Below, in pieces: positions 38,798-49,118 of a stretch of 64,000 nucleotides of DNA (its first letter is position 1; every line of letters begins with the position of its first letter). The translations under genes and the position numbers were made by a program. The notes under the pieces were generated by a model. It saw only the letters and a list, made by a program, of their open reading frames with translations. It did no database searches and was not told the DNA's origin. Origin of the DNA: an uncultured archaeon (GTDB lineage Archaea > Thermoproteota > Bathyarchaeia > Bathyarchaeales > Bathycorpusculaceae); contig CAWENF010000014.1 of assembly GCA_963810275.1 (NCBI GenBank), positions 64,001 through 128,000 on the forward strand. The letters are read 5' to 3'.

Positions 38798-39621
38798 TGT
38801 TGTTCAGCCTTGATTTGTTCTTCAAACTCGTTTAGTTGTTTACCTAACAATTTCGATGCTTCTTTGAGTACCCGTTCAGGGGGAAGAGCACCTGAAGATT
38901 CAACATTCATGATGAATTGACCTTTCTCCCACTCAACATTCAATGGGGAAGGCTTCTGTGGGCAAGCTTCAACGCAGTCCATGCAAAGTGTACATGCCAG
39001 CAGGTCTTTGACTTCCACCTTGTCGTCTTTCATCTGGAAGACTTTTTTAGGACAGATTTCAACGCATTTCTGACAGTCGGTGCATTTTTCTGCGGGAACG
39101 TTGATTTTAGGGTAGTATTTGTATGCGCACATAGAGACAGGTTGCCACTTAGCGTGGGTTTTGCCTCGTCCAAGGCGCGCGTATGCTTCAAGCTTAAGCT
39201 TCTGGTTTTTTGCCAGTTTAATTATTGGAACTTTATCGGATACTGGGAGAACCTCGGGGTTTTCGGAGACAATTTCGCCGCTGTAAACTGTGCGTGTGCC
39301 TTCTTGGGCTTCAGCATCCAACGTTAGAGTTACTCTGCATTGTGGGCAGCCGAATTCGCTTTGGCATTCGCATTCTTCTGACAAATTGTATGTGTCGAGG
39401 TTTGTCCTAAGCGGAGTCAAACCCAAGCGGTGGGCGATGATTTCGTCTTGCAGAATCGAGGTGTTCTCAATCATAACGACTTCTTCGATTGCCATGCATG
39501 GGACTTCAGCAAGCGCTAGACGCCTCAGTGCATTCATTAAGGGAACATCCGCGTCTTTAACAACTATGCGGAGGTTGATATCGTCTTTTTCTAAGATTTC
39601 AATTTTCACTTGCTGAGACAC
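38794..39621 (-). CDS. rpoD: RNA polymerase subunit D (Rpo3) with ferredoxin-like domain
   Basis: NALRR..LAEVP, DEIIAHRLGL.P and HAKWQP motifs; two CxxCxxCxxxCP motifs. Confidence 0.97.
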   Translation of the reverse strand: MSQQVKIEILEKDDINLRIVVKDADVPLMNALRRLALAEVPCMAIEEVVMIENTSILQDEIIAHRLGLTPLRTNLDTYNLSEECECQSEFGCPQCRVTLTLDAEAQEGTRTVYSGEIVSENPEVLPVSDKVPIIKLAKNQKLKLEAYARLGRGKTHAKWQPVSMCAYKYYPKINVPAEKCTDCQKCVEICPKKVFQMKDDKVEVKDLLACTLCMDCVEACPQKPSPLNVEWEKGQFIMNVESSGALPPERVLKEASKLLGKQLNEFEEQIKAEQQ

Positions 39622-39709
39622 TCCAATAAGCTTCCTAATTTGGCTGTGCGGTCAATAGGATATTTCGGTGCATTATTTGTATTTTTCCCTTAAAATGGGA
39701 GAGAAGAGG

Positions 39710-40120
39710 TTAGACTCTTCTGCCTCTTCTGCCGCCGGGTCGTCTTGTGCCGTCGTGCGGAATAGGCGTAACTTCTTCAATGCGTTCAATGCGGAATCCG
39801 AAACGTGCCAGCGCCCTGATGGCTGCCTGCGCACCTGGACCAGGAGTTCTGGGACCAGAACCACCTGGTGCTCGAACTTTAATGTGGATTGCAGTGACGC
39901 CCTTGTCACGTGCGATTTCTGCTGCTCCAGTGGCTGCTCTCATGGCTGCGTATGGTGAAGATTCCATGCGGTCAGCTTTGACGAACATGCCGCCTGTGGT
40001 GCGAGCGATTGTTTCTGCGCCTGATATGTCTGTTATGTGGATTAGGGTGTTGTTGTATGAGCTAAAAATGTGGACTATGCCCCATTTCTCACTACGTTTA
40101 CTGTTTGTCATGTTGCTCAA
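39710..40120 (-). CDS. rps11: 30S ribosomal protein S11
   Basis: [27 protein letters not shown] and TPIPHDG motifs. Confidence 0.98.
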   Translation of the reverse strand: MSNMTNSKRSEKWGIVHIFSSYNNTLIHITDISGAETIARTTGGMFVKADRMESSPYAAMRAATGAAEIARDKGVTAIHIKVRAPGGSGPRTPGPGAQAAIRALARFGFRIERIEEVTPIPHDGTRRPGGRRGRRV

Positions 40121-40707
40121 AATCTGCCGCCTCCACGTCCGCCTCTGCGTCCACGCTGTGGGGTCCTGATTTCAGGTTGTTTTGCTACGACGGATAAACC
40201 GAGACGTAGTGGATGCTCCTGCTTAGCGAGGTCGCTGTCGATTGAGTAGGCAATTTTTGGTTCTTCCTCTTTTGGCACGATATAGCCTGGAATAGTCACG
40301 CGGCGTCCGTCGATGGATACGTGACCATGAGTGATGAGTTGGCGTGCCTGAAAACCTGTCCGGGCCAAGCCTTTGCGGAAAACTATGGTTTGCAATCTGC
40401 GCTCCAAGATGTCTTCAATGGTTAAGTCGAGCACGTTGTCTAGCACTGCGGTTTCTTGCAGGATTCCCCTCTTTTTAAGTTTAGCGAGAAGTTCGTTTTC
40501 CATTTTTGCCCGTGTTTCGGTTGATTCGCTGATGAGTGAACGGGCGATGCCTCTGGCTTTAGACAATGTTGTTTTGTGTCTCCAGAGTTCATGTTTGTTA
40601 CGTAAACCGTATTGCCCAAGAAGTTTGAGCTCTTCCTGAAGTACATCTTTACGCCAACGGAAACGCGGCGTATCAAACTTTTTACGTTGCTTCTTTGGAT
40701 CTCCCAT
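40117..40707 (-). CDS. rps4: 30S ribosomal protein S4
   Basis: MGDPKK, YGLRNK.E, LERRLQT and ARQLITHGH motifs. Confidence 0.98.
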   Translation of the reverse strand: MGDPKKQRKKFDTPRFRWRKDVLQEELKLLGQYGLRNKHELWRHKTTLSKARGIARSLISESTETRAKMENELLAKLKKRGILQETAVLDNVLDLTIEDILERRLQTIVFRKGLARTGFQARQLITHGHVSIDGRRVTIPGYIVPKEEEPKIAYSIDSDLAKQEHPLRLGLSVVAKQPEIRTPQRGRRGGRGGGRF

Positions 40708-40709
40708 GC

Positions 40710-41180
40710 TTATTTACCTCCTGCTTTGCCTTGCACAGTCTTTTTCTTAACACCTAAAGACTTGCCTGCGCGACCAGTGGTTTTGGTTCTTTGTCCTCTT
40801 ACTTTCAGGCTGTAAGCATGTCGGTATCCACGCCAAGACCTGATTTCTTTTGCGCCATCTATGTCTGTTTTTATTTTGAATGCCAAGTCAGCGGCTAGGA
40901 CATGCATGTCTTTACCTGTTTCGCTGTCTTTTCGGCGGTTAAACATCCAGCCAGGGATGTTATATTTTGGTGGGTCACGAATAACGTCCTCGATTTTGGC
41001 GACGTCTGAATCGGTGATGAAGCCGATACGGAGATCAGGGTTTACGCCTGCCTTCTTGACGATTGCATTTGCAAGACTTGAGTTGACGCCTTTCACGTGC
41101 GCCACTGCGTAGCCTGTCTTAACGGTACCTTGAACGTCTGTACCCATGATACGTACAATATAGCGGTATTCCTGTGACAT
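40710..41180 (-). CDS. rps13: 30S ribosomal protein S13
   Basis: YIVRI, NRRKD.ETG and [17 protein letters not shown] motifs. Confidence 0.98.
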   Translation of the reverse strand: MSQEYRYIVRIMGTDVQGTVKTGYAVAHVKGVNSSLANAIVKKAGVNPDLRIGFITDSDVAKIEDVIRDPPKYNIPGWMFNRRKDSETGKDMHVLAADLAFKIKTDIDGAKEIRSWRGYRHAYSLKVRGQRTKTTGRAGKSLGVKKKTVQGKAGGK

Positions 41181-41288
41181 GCTGAGTTTTCATCCGTTTT
41201 TTAGCTTGAAGCATATACGAAATGACTTGGTGTTTATTTAAACCTTCCCTAGCAGAAATATCCATCAATCGTAAGCCGAAAAAGTAGG

Positions 41289-43475
41289 TTACTGCTTTGA
41301 TTCACTGTATTCATCCAACTCTTTTTGCAGGTTTTCAAAGCCCGCTGCTATTCGACTAATGAGGGGAGCATCTGCTTCAGGGTCTAATCCTACATATTTT
41401 GACTTGTTGTACTCGCCTTTGTAGGTTAAAACATCTTCGACGCGGTTGTTTTTCTGGTAAAGTTCACGAATTATTTTGGCTTCTTTATCGTTGCCACTTT
41501 GCCTGCGTACTGAATACATTATGGCGCATGCTGCTCCGAACTCTAATCCGGAGGTGGGTAACCCATATTTTTGGGCTAAATGGATGCTGCCCATTATGCG
41601 TTCGTCCTGTTGAAGTTTGCGCAGTGGATCTCTTCCGACGCGTAGTACGTCGTCCTGGAAGCTTGCCCGGCACCGCTTGAAAAAGTTGCGGGTAATGGAG
41701 TTAATGTACTGTTTCTGATCAGGGTTTTCGCTGAGTAGGGCGGGTTTGATTTCGTTTATAATTATGCTTTCAGCCAATTGTGAAACGCGGGAGTCACCCA
41801 TGCCTTGCCCGATGCTTTTGTACCCTAAAAGCGCTGAGTACCAAGCGATTACTGCGTGGGGACCGTTCGAGAGGCGGTTTTTAATTTCCTGCATCGATTT
41901 GATGTCATCTACAGTGACTACTTGTCGCATGCGTTCAAGAAGCGGGCTACCCTTACTTGCGTATATGGGCATATCGGGTTCGCTGCTAAACAGGGCTATG
42001 TTTAGTTTGCTGAGTTCCTCGGCGAACTGGGTTATGAGCAAGATGTCGTTTGCAAGGGTCTTGGTTTTGGATGCAGCGTTAGTGCCATTTTTAAGCGATT
42101 TAGGCAAATCCTGCAGCTGCGTGAAACTTTTGTAGAACTCAAAGATTTCGTCAATCTTTCCCGAGTAGTTAACTATGCTGTTGTGAAGCGTTGTTAGTTT
42201 TACCTGAAGCCGCTGCAAAACCACCTCGTCACTGAGTCGTGAAACCATGCGGTTAACCACGGTTTCTGAGAAGAAAGTAGATTTTATGACTTTCAACGCT
42301 TTAGATTTGCCTGTTAAATCTTGCAACGCGTGGAAAACGTGTTTTCTGACAAAGCGGGCAGCGTTGATTTTGTTCATCACGATTAGTATTGTTAGGGGAG
42401 AGGCACCATCGTCGTAGCGTTCAATCAAGCCTTGAGCAATGGCTTTAGCTGAGGAACGTACTGCCTTTTCAGGAATGGCAAGCCCAACTATCTGAGATTT
42501 CCGGTACATTTCTGCGACTTTGGCTTCGTCGTTAATGTCAATCAGTAGCACATGTGAGATAGTTTGGAAGTAGGCGAGCCGCTCGTACTGGATGTGGTAG
42601 CGTCCAAGTGCGTTTATGAGTTGGCGTATGGTGGCGTTGGAGGTTGCGCCGATGACTTTACGTGGACGTGTGTATCCGTCCCAGTGGCTGAAAATCTGCG
42701 CCAAGTAACCGCCGCCCATGGCTCCGAAGCCATGGATAAACGCAGTTTGGTAACCTATACTCTGGGGGAAATGCTCGTTTAAGCTTGGCATACCCATCTT
42801 TGGCATTTCACCAATGAAGTCAGCAACCAAGTCAGTCATTTTTTTGTATGATCTAAACGCCAGAGCTTTGACTTCCGGGTCTGGGTCTTTGATATCTTTA
42901 ATGTAAATAGGCACTCCGCCGGCGTCGTGGGCTGCCAAGATTCCGTTTTGGCTATCCTCAAAAATGAAACAATTAGCTGGATCGCAGTTTAGTTCCCGCG
43001 CGGCTTGAAGAAAGATTTCAGGGTCCGGTTTGCCTTTTTGCACTTCGTTACCGCACACCATTATATCAAAGAACCGTAGCACTTTGGCGCTAAGCAGGTA
43101 TTCCTCGGCGATTTCCCGTCGGCTGGAAGTGGCTAGGGCGATAAGTACGCCGCTTCTTTTTAGGCGTTCCAACAGGTTGTATAGTCCTCGTTTGACTGGG
43201 ACGCCGTGTTGGCGGACGCTGCCGACTTCAAGTTGGTTGGCGCGTTCACGGATTTTTTTGTAGGGGTAATCTTCGCCGTACCATTGTTTTGCAAATTTCT
43301 CGGCGGTAACTGCGGATACACCTAACGAGTTGTAGAGAAGTTGGTCGTCGATTTCTTTGCCAGTTAACTCTTTTGAGGCTTGTTTGAGCACTTTGAAGCG
43401 TAACCGCTCCGTGTCAAACATTGTGCCGTCCATGTCGAAAATGGCGCCCTCTAAGAGTCTGTTCTGGAAAATCAT
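41289..43475 (-). CDS. mtlD: Bifunctional mannitol-1-phosphate dehydrogenase/phosphatase (HAD phosphatase + long-chain mannitol dehydrogenase)
   Basis: HAD motifs FDMDGT, ATSS, GKPDP and FEDSQNG; dehydrogenase motifs HGFGAMGGG, SHWDGYTRP, VVNRMV, KNRLSNGPH and RDPLRKL. Architecture and motifs match Acinetobacter MtlD as recalled. ATG 43475 is preferred; the ORF track extends to 43514. Confidence 0.88.
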   Translation of the reverse strand: MIFQNRLLEGAIFDMDGTMFDTERLRFKVLKQASKELTGKEIDDQLLYNSLGVSAVTAEKFAKQWYGEDYPYKKIRERANQLEVGSVRQHGVPVKRGLYNLLERLKRSGVLIALATSSRREIAEEYLLSAKVLRFFDIMVCGNEVQKGKPDPEIFLQAARELNCDPANCFIFEDSQNGILAAHDAGGVPIYIKDIKDPDPEVKALAFRSYKKMTDLVADFIGEMPKMGMPSLNEHFPQSIGYQTAFIHGFGAMGGGYLAQIFSHWDGYTRPRKVIGATSNATIRQLINALGRYHIQYERLAYFQTISHVLLIDINDEAKVAEMYRKSQIVGLAIPEKAVRSSAKAIAQGLIERYDDGASPLTILIVMNKINAARFVRKHVFHALQDLTGKSKALKVIKSTFFSETVVNRMVSRLSDEVVLQRLQVKLTTLHNSIVNYSGKIDEIFEFYKSFTQLQDLPKSLKNGTNAASKTKTLANDILLITQFAEELSKLNIALFSSEPDMPIYASKGSPLLERMRQVVTVDDIKSMQEIKNRLSNGPHAVIAWYSALLGYKSIGQGMGDSRVSQLAESIIINEIKPALLSENPDQKQYINSITRNFFKRCRASFQDDVLRVGRDPLRKLQQDERIMGSIHLAQKYGLPTSGLEFGAACAIMYSVRRQSGNDKEAKIIRELYQKNNRVEDVLTYKGEYNKSKYVGLDPEADAPLISRIAAGFENLQKELDEYSESKQ

Positions 43476-43599
43476 AACTTTCCGCTCTAAACTTGTTCCG
43501 CATATACAATCCATCGTTTCATATAAAATTTTTTACGAAAAAATATACAGAACATGAATTTTTATCAGGCTTTGTGAGACTTTTTGTAGCATTGACAAA

Positions 43600-43913
43600 A
43601 AGCAGAATTCAGGTGATGCAGAGGGTTAACGAAGGTTTTTCTTTGAACCAATACCATGCCCGCATAGACGGCGGCTACCACAACGCCGCCTACATGTTGT
43701 CAACAGATTATAACTTTGGCTTCCGATACCCATTGGGCGTATCTGGGGACTATGACCAAGCAAAACAATATCATCCAGCAAATTTACGGCGACATAGAAG
43801 CGCTGATTTCACAAAAAGGCACAGGTTTCGATGTGGTCTATAAGAATCCAGCGTTGCTTTCAGATGCAGCTCGGCGGTGTGACACATTAATTTATGGAAT
43901 TAGAAAGAAGTAA
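43600..43913 (+). pseudogene. C-terminal remnant of a conserved hypothetical protein
   Basis: AYMLSTDYNFGFRYP..IWG followed, in another frame, by QQIYGDIEALISQKGTGFDVVY. No N-terminus is present. Confidence 0.45.
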
Positions 43914-44216
43914 TCCTTTAAATAAGTAAGCAGCCTTTGGAGTTCGGTGTAGGAACTTCGGGGAATGTTGATTTTACTGATTAAACCGAAATAACCACGG
44001 AAACCTTCAGTTTTGGCGTATAGACTGTCAGGTTAAGATGAAGATTGTTATGCCTACTGAAATATAGATTATTTTGAAGTATTTTCTGACCAAGGTTTTC
44101 TGGTTCCGGATTTCGAAATGTGCTGGATAAAAAATTTTGAGATTTCCAAATTGTGATCAAGCTTGTTTGCTGTAGAATTGGTTACAGGATAAGAAAAAAC
44201 AGAAGCAAACGCAAAG

Positions 44217-44486
44217 TTACGTTTTAACTGTTTTGAGCACATTTAGGATAGATTGTATCCAGTGCAGGTACGCGTTAAGGGTTGCCCGTAGCGCTACGGT
44301 GTCCTCTGCTTCCGCAATTAGACTCAAAACGGCGCCGTTTTTTTGCAGTCTTACAGAGGAGCGATGGGTCGGCGGCACCTTCGCCTCAGGCTGCAAAGCA
44401 GCGAGAAGTGCGTCAAGCTGTTTTTCGGAGTCAAAAGTTAGGTGCAGGGTTGCGGATGTTCTATTGGACATTTCAATCTTCCTCAT
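44217..44486 (-). CDS. pcc1: KEOPS complex subunit Pcc1
   Basis: ALQPE...RS.V...L.L.AEAED.VALRA.LN.YL.W motif; lies at the end of the exosome gene cluster. Confidence 0.9.
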   Translation of the reverse strand: MRKIEMSNRTSATLHLTFDSEKQLDALLAALQPEAKVPPTHRSSVRLQKNGAVLSLIAEAEDTVALRATLNAYLHWIQSILNVLKTVKT

Positions 44487-44749
44487 TTTTCAATATGGTT
44501 TGATAGTATAATGAATTATTCGTAATCAAAGTAATTTTGCTCAGTAAACTTGTAACAACCTGCACAACTATCAAGCAACACAGGCACATTTCAACCTTAA
44601 AACATATGCAAAGGCACAATCTGCTGAAAGAGGAGTGGCAAGATACCTATGCAAATACAACTAAAAAATAACCCAAAACAATTTTGAAAAACGAGACAAA
44701 GTCTTCCCTAAGACCAAATAATCAAAAAAATAAAATAGAAAGAGTAGGA

Positions 44750-45094
44750 TTACTCAGATTCGGTTTCTTCCTCAGTTGCCGACTCAACAACTTCGGCTTC
44801 AGCTACGGACGCCGCTTGCTGGGCTTCTTCTGCAAGCTGCTTGCCTTTAGCTGCACGTTTAGCAACTGTGCCGAGTTTCGTGAAGGGCGTATAAGCTCCT
44901 CCTGCAAAGGTATAACTGCATTTGTTGCAGCTCCAAACTCCAACACTAACGCGATGGACGCGGACAAAGCCGCATTGCGGGCAGCGGTGGGGTTTTCTGA
45001 GTTCGGTAACTACTTTAACGTAGCGTTTGCGGACTGTGGAGCCGTAACGGGTTCCTAAGCCTCGAGTTGGACCTACTTTCTTTGTCTTCGGCAA
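44750..45094 (-). CDS. rpl37ae: 50S ribosomal protein L37Ae (eL43) with acidic C-terminal tail
   Basis: GTRYGSTVRK, CPQC, GVWSCNKC and FAGGAY motifs. Confidence 0.96.
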   Translation of the reverse strand: MPKTKKVGPTRGLGTRYGSTVRKRYVKVVTELRKPHRCPQCGFVRVHRVSVGVWSCNKCSYTFAGGAYTPFTKLGTVAKRAAKGKQLAEEAQQAASVAEAEVVESATEEETESE

Positions 45095-45102
45095 CTTTTA
45101 GT

Positions 45103-45894
45103 TCACCACTTTAGTTTCTTGCGCAGTTCAGCTGCTTTCTCCAGAGCAATCTTTGATGCATCTAAAATCTGTTGCGGTGTGAAAAAGCCTGAGCCTCCCT
45201 TCTGAATAGCACAGATGTTGCCGTCTTCGTTGGTTGCAAAGGTGATGCGTGAGTCCATTACTGATTCTTCTTCAAGCCAGGGGTCAACGATGAGTTTGTT
45301 TGCGATTTTGCCGATGGTGACGGTGATCGGTTTGCTCTTCAGGGGTAGTGGTGTGTAGCCTTGCTTTATTTTGAGTTCGCCGTCTTTGATTTCATAGTTG
45401 GGCATCTTGGTGTTCATCAATGCGGCCATTGCTGCGATTGCGGATGCATCGATTAGGTTACCGTCGTGGTTTAACACGTACACGTCTACGAATACGACAA
45501 AAACGTTTTTACCTGCTTCAATAACTAGTTTCTCTGTATCAATAGCATGGGATTCTCTAATGCCTCTGTCAACGACGCGGGCGAGTTCAATACTCTTTTC
45601 GTCTGGTGGACCAGGTTCAAAATGTGGAGAAGCCAAAGGCACAAGCTCTGCATTAACGGTCATTACGCCGTTGTTTGGTGTGTCTGGGAAGGGTTCTCCG
45701 GTTTCAACTTTAACGCCGACGAGCACTTCGCTATTTCCGAGGTGAACACGGGCGGAACCTTCAGCTTTCTCGATTATGCCCTGCTCAATTTTGATTTCAC
45801 GGTAGTCGGTTAGTGAGCGTTCGTCTATACGTTCGCCTTTTTCTAAGAGTGATTCTATCTGTTTTGCTCTAACTTTAGTTATAAGTGAGGACAT
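45103..45894 (-). CDS. rrp42: Exosome complex subunit Rrp42
   Basis: KAEGSA, PFPDTP, FEPGPPDE..IELARVVDRGIRES and DGNLIDA motifs. Confidence 0.96.
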   Translation of the reverse strand: MSSLITKVRAKQIESLLEKGERIDERSLTDYREIKIEQGIIEKAEGSARVHLGNSEVLVGVKVETGEPFPDTPNNGVMTVNAELVPLASPHFEPGPPDEKSIELARVVDRGIRESHAIDTEKLVIEAGKNVFVVFVDVYVLNHDGNLIDASAIAAMAALMNTKMPNYEIKDGELKIKQGYTPLPLKSKPITVTIGKIANKLIVDPWLEEESVMDSRITFATNEDGNICAIQKGGSGFFTPQQILDASKIALEKAAELRKKLKW

Positions 45895-46628
45895 TACTCT
45901 TCAGCCTCCTTAACAACCATATACTTTGTTTTTAATGCTTCCTTTTGCATTACATAGATTTGCTTGCAGCCTTCCATAGCCATGTTGACTGCTTTCTCGA
46001 ACTCTTCAGGAGCAAGAACACCGTCCATCTGAAGCAATGTGATAGCGTTCAGGTTAGGCATGTAAGCGACAGGCACGTCTGCTGAGCCCAACTTATCCTC
46101 AGCGTCATAAAGGTCCAAAACGACTGTGTCGTCAATTTTGCCTGCAGCACACGCAACAACTAAGTCACGCATCGGGACACCGGAATCGGCAATAGCCAAA
46201 GCCGCGGCGGTAATGCTGGCGCATCTGGTGCCTCCATCGGCCTGCAAGACCTCGACGAATACATCAACGCCTGTGCGTGGGTAGAGTTCAAGGAACAATG
46301 CCGGTTCAAGGGATTCTTTTATGACTTTGCTTAATTCAACTTCGCGGCGTGAAGGCGCTGGAGATTTACGTTCTTGCACACTGAATGGCGCCATGTGATA
46401 GCGGCACCTAAGTACCATTCGGTCTGCTTGTGCAAGGTGTTTGGGGTGCATTTCTCTTGGACCGTATGCTGCGGCTAAAATCTTGTTTTTTCCATGTTCA
46501 ATGTATGCTGAGCCGTCAGCGTTTGGAAGGACGCCGACCTGCAGTTTAACGGGGCGCAGCTCATCCGCTTTTCTTCCGTCGCCGCGGATGCCTTTTTTAT
46601 CGATTAATTTATCGTGTTTTTCATTCAT
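45894..46628 (-). CDS. rrp41: Exosome complex exonuclease Rrp41
   Basis: R.DGR..DELRP, ADGSAY, YHMAPFS..ERK.P.PSRRE and ADGGTR motifs. Confidence 0.97.
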   Translation of the reverse strand: MNEKHDKLIDKKGIRGDGRKADELRPVKLQVGVLPNADGSAYIEHGKNKILAAAYGPREMHPKHLAQADRMVLRCRYHMAPFSVQERKSPAPSRREVELSKVIKESLEPALFLELYPRTGVDVFVEVLQADGGTRCASITAAALAIADSGVPMRDLVVACAAGKIDDTVVLDLYDAEDKLGSADVPVAYMPNLNAITLLQMDGVLAPEEFEKAVNMAMEGCKQIYVMQKEALKTKYMVVKEAEE

Positions 46629-46636
46629 TGTTGTAT

Positions 46637-47338
46637 TTACTCCATTATGGGTGGTAGTTTCTTGTCTTTCAATAATTGAGTGATGCGGTCAGTTAAGCCG
46701 CTGGTGTGAGATTCTTCCTCAATTTTCCGGATCGCTTCAATGGCAATTTCTTCCTCTTGTAGGTTTTTGCCAGTGACTAGGATGACACCATTTAAGCCAA
46801 GTATGATTTGGCAGTTTGTTTCCTGTTTAATCATGGAAATCATGGAGCCTTTGCGTCCGATGATACGGGGAATCTTTGTTGGTGTCACTCTGAGGAGTTG
46901 GCCGCGTGTTATTTTTCCTAAACCTGGTTCACCTACAGTGAGTTGGGGGTCGTGTGCACGGTCATAGGATGCTATTTTGGCTACGATTAAGTCGCCTGCG
47001 TTTAGGACTGAGCTTAACTCGTCGTTTTGAGGCTTAAAGGGCCTAGCTAAAACGTCTGATGCACGAAGCATAGCAGTGTAGGGTGATTTGATGTCGACTA
47101 TCCAGCCGTTAAAGCCGACTTCGACTACAGTACCAATTACTATATCACCCATTTTTGGCACGTAAAAAGCTCTAAGTGCCACGACGTTTACTTTTTTGTT
47201 GTCGCTGTCTACGAGTCCAATCCTTTGTGCGAAAATCTTGCCATTTTCAACGAATGTGTTTTCACCGGGTAAATAGTCGCCATCTGCGAGCAATTCTCCC
47301 GGGGTCACGAGCTGTTTTTTTTCAAAGAATGTTGGCAT
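46637..47338 (-). CDS. rrp4: Exosome RNA-binding subunit Rrp4
   Basis: VTPGE, S1 domain [13 protein letters not shown] domain [11 protein letters not shown] and HTSGLTDR. Confidence 0.96.
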   Translation of the reverse strand: MPTFFEKKQLVTPGELLADGDYLPGENTFVENGKIFAQRIGLVDSDNKKVNVVALRAFYVPKMGDIVIGTVVEVGFNGWIVDIKSPYTAMLRASDVLARPFKPQNDELSSVLNAGDLIVAKIASYDRAHDPQLTVGEPGLGKITRGQLLRVTPTKIPRIIGRKGSMISMIKQETNCQIILGLNGVILVTGKNLQEEEIAIEAIRKIEEESHTSGLTDRITQLLKDKKLPPIME

Positions 47339-47362
47339 AAAATCACCTGTCTTTCATATTAC

Positions 47363-48049
47363 CTAGATTATTTTCGCTTCTCCTGTTCCTTTTGTAGCGT
47401 CGCCCAACTTGTTTAGCAGTGAAGCGTATGAACCTGCTGGCAACTCTAGTTCACCATACCATGACCCGTCACTCCGCCATTCTTCACGTTTGATGATGCC
47501 CAAATTTTTAACGGTGCCGTAGGCTCGGGCAGCGAACTGTGTGGGGATTTTTACTTCAACTTTAATCTGCTCCACCTTAAGAGGCAGAATAGGTCGCAAA
47601 AGTTTAACGATATCTTTAGCTTGCTCCTCAACTGACTTGTAAGGGTCAATCGAGTAGCGAATTTGATCCATAGCGTTTTCGATGCGCAAGGGTGGATGAG
47701 GCAAATTTGTTTTCGGATCAACCGCTTGTCTTGCAATAAAATCTATTACTTGCCGTTTTTTGTCTTCAACCATTCTGCGTCTCTGGTCGGTTGTAAGCTG
47801 CAAAGTACCTCTTTTTAAGATTTCATCTGCGATTTTGAGCGGATCCACGGTTTTGAACGCTTTATGCATGGCGTCTTCGGAGACTTTGGTCCCTTTGTTT
47901 GCATCAGAAAAAATTGTTTCTGCGGCTAAAACCTCGGTTATGCCAGAGATTTTGCCGTTTCGATAGTCGAGTGCTTTGTTTGGTTTAACTAAGATTTCGA
48001 AGTGTTCGTTCTCTCTAGTTAAGCGAGCTACGGTGAACTTTTCGCTCAT
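47363..48049 (-). CDS. Ribosome assembly factor SBDS
   Basis: HFEILV.P, IFSDA.KG, QLTTDQRR and DPKT..PHPP.RIE.AM motifs. Confidence 0.96.
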   Translation of the reverse strand: MSEKFTVARLTRENEHFEILVKPNKALDYRNGKISGITEVLAAETIFSDANKGTKVSEDAMHKAFKTVDPLKIADEILKRGTLQLTTDQRRRMVEDKKRQVIDFIARQAVDPKTNLPHPPLRIENAMDQIRYSIDPYKSVEEQAKDIVKLLRPILPLKVEQIKVEVKIPTQFAARAYGTVKNLGIIKREEWRSDGSWYGELELPAGSYASLLNKLGDATKGTGEAKII

Positions 48050-48057
48050 TATTTAAG

Positions 48058-48786
48058 TCACTTGCTTGAACCCAGCTCTTTGATGAAGCCTTCCACTGTG
48101 CTATCGCTTAGCATCTCCATCTTTTTGGTTGCTGCTGGGATGACGGCAATTTTGATTCTTGGGGGTAGCTGACGGGCTTCGAGGGCTTTAAATAGGCATT
48201 TAACTGCGATTTTGACAGTGTCTTCGAGTTTCATGTCTTCTTTGTATTCTTCTTTTAGGATGTTTAGAACGGTTTCTCTTCCTGCCCCCAGAGCGGTCGC
48301 TTTGTAGCCTCGGTAGGTACCGCTTGGGTGTGTCCCGAAGACTCGTGCACCTGTTTTGTCAACTCCACCGAATATTATGGAGACACCGAAAGGTCGTACG
48401 CCTGCGTGTTGAGTATACATTTGTTGAATGTCGCAGATGCGTTTGGTTACAACTTCTACGTCGATGGGTTCGTCATAGGTCAGTTTGTTGCTTTGAGCGT
48501 AGATGCGTGCTTGGTCAATTAGAATGCGTGCATCTGAGCTTAAGCCAACGATGGCTGCTCCTATATGGTCGTCTACTCGGAAGATTTTCCATGAGTAGCC
48601 TGCTTCTTCGAGGACCTCTATGTTTTCTTCTGACCCTAAAACTAAGCCGTCGGAGGTTTGGATGCCAAGTATGGTGGCTCCGCGGTTGACGAGTTCCATG
48701 GCGTATTCTACTTGGAATAGGCGTCCGTCGGGTGAGAAAACAGTTATTGCACGGTCATATGCTCCTGGTGCTGCAAATACAGACAT
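48058..48786 (-). CDS. psmA: Proteasome subunit alpha
   Basis: YDRAITVFSPDGRLFQVEYA and GVRPFGVS motifs. Confidence 0.97.
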   Translation of the reverse strand: MSVFAAPGAYDRAITVFSPDGRLFQVEYAMELVNRGATILGIQTSDGLVLGSEENIEVLEEAGYSWKIFRVDDHIGAAIVGLSSDARILIDQARIYAQSNKLTYDEPIDVEVVTKRICDIQQMYTQHAGVRPFGVSIIFGGVDKTGARVFGTHPSGTYRGYKATALGAGRETVLNILKEEYKEDMKLEDTVKIAVKCLFKALEARQLPPRIKIAVIPAATKKMEMLSDSTVEGFIKELGSSK

Positions 48787-49118
48787 AATACGTTAACCTC
48801 ACTTTACTCTCTTGACTTTTTCACAACTTCATACGATAACTATACTAAAAACCTTTCCTATAAAAGGAAAACCTGAAAGGCGGCTGGAAAGCTGTAAAAA
48901 CTTTGGGAAATGCGCTGTAAAGAGGGGATATCTATGGTTGGGGGCTACCTTTTGAGTTTGCGCCTGGCTGCGTTGCTTTCTGGTTTGGGCTGGTCGCAGC
49001 GTTTTTTCCAGGATTGCGTTAAGATGGTTTGTGTATGCTGCTCTGTTTTAGGAAAATGGTTTTGGCGGGGTTTATTCAAACAAGTTATAAATTTTGAATT
49101 CCATATACGGCTGCGGAG

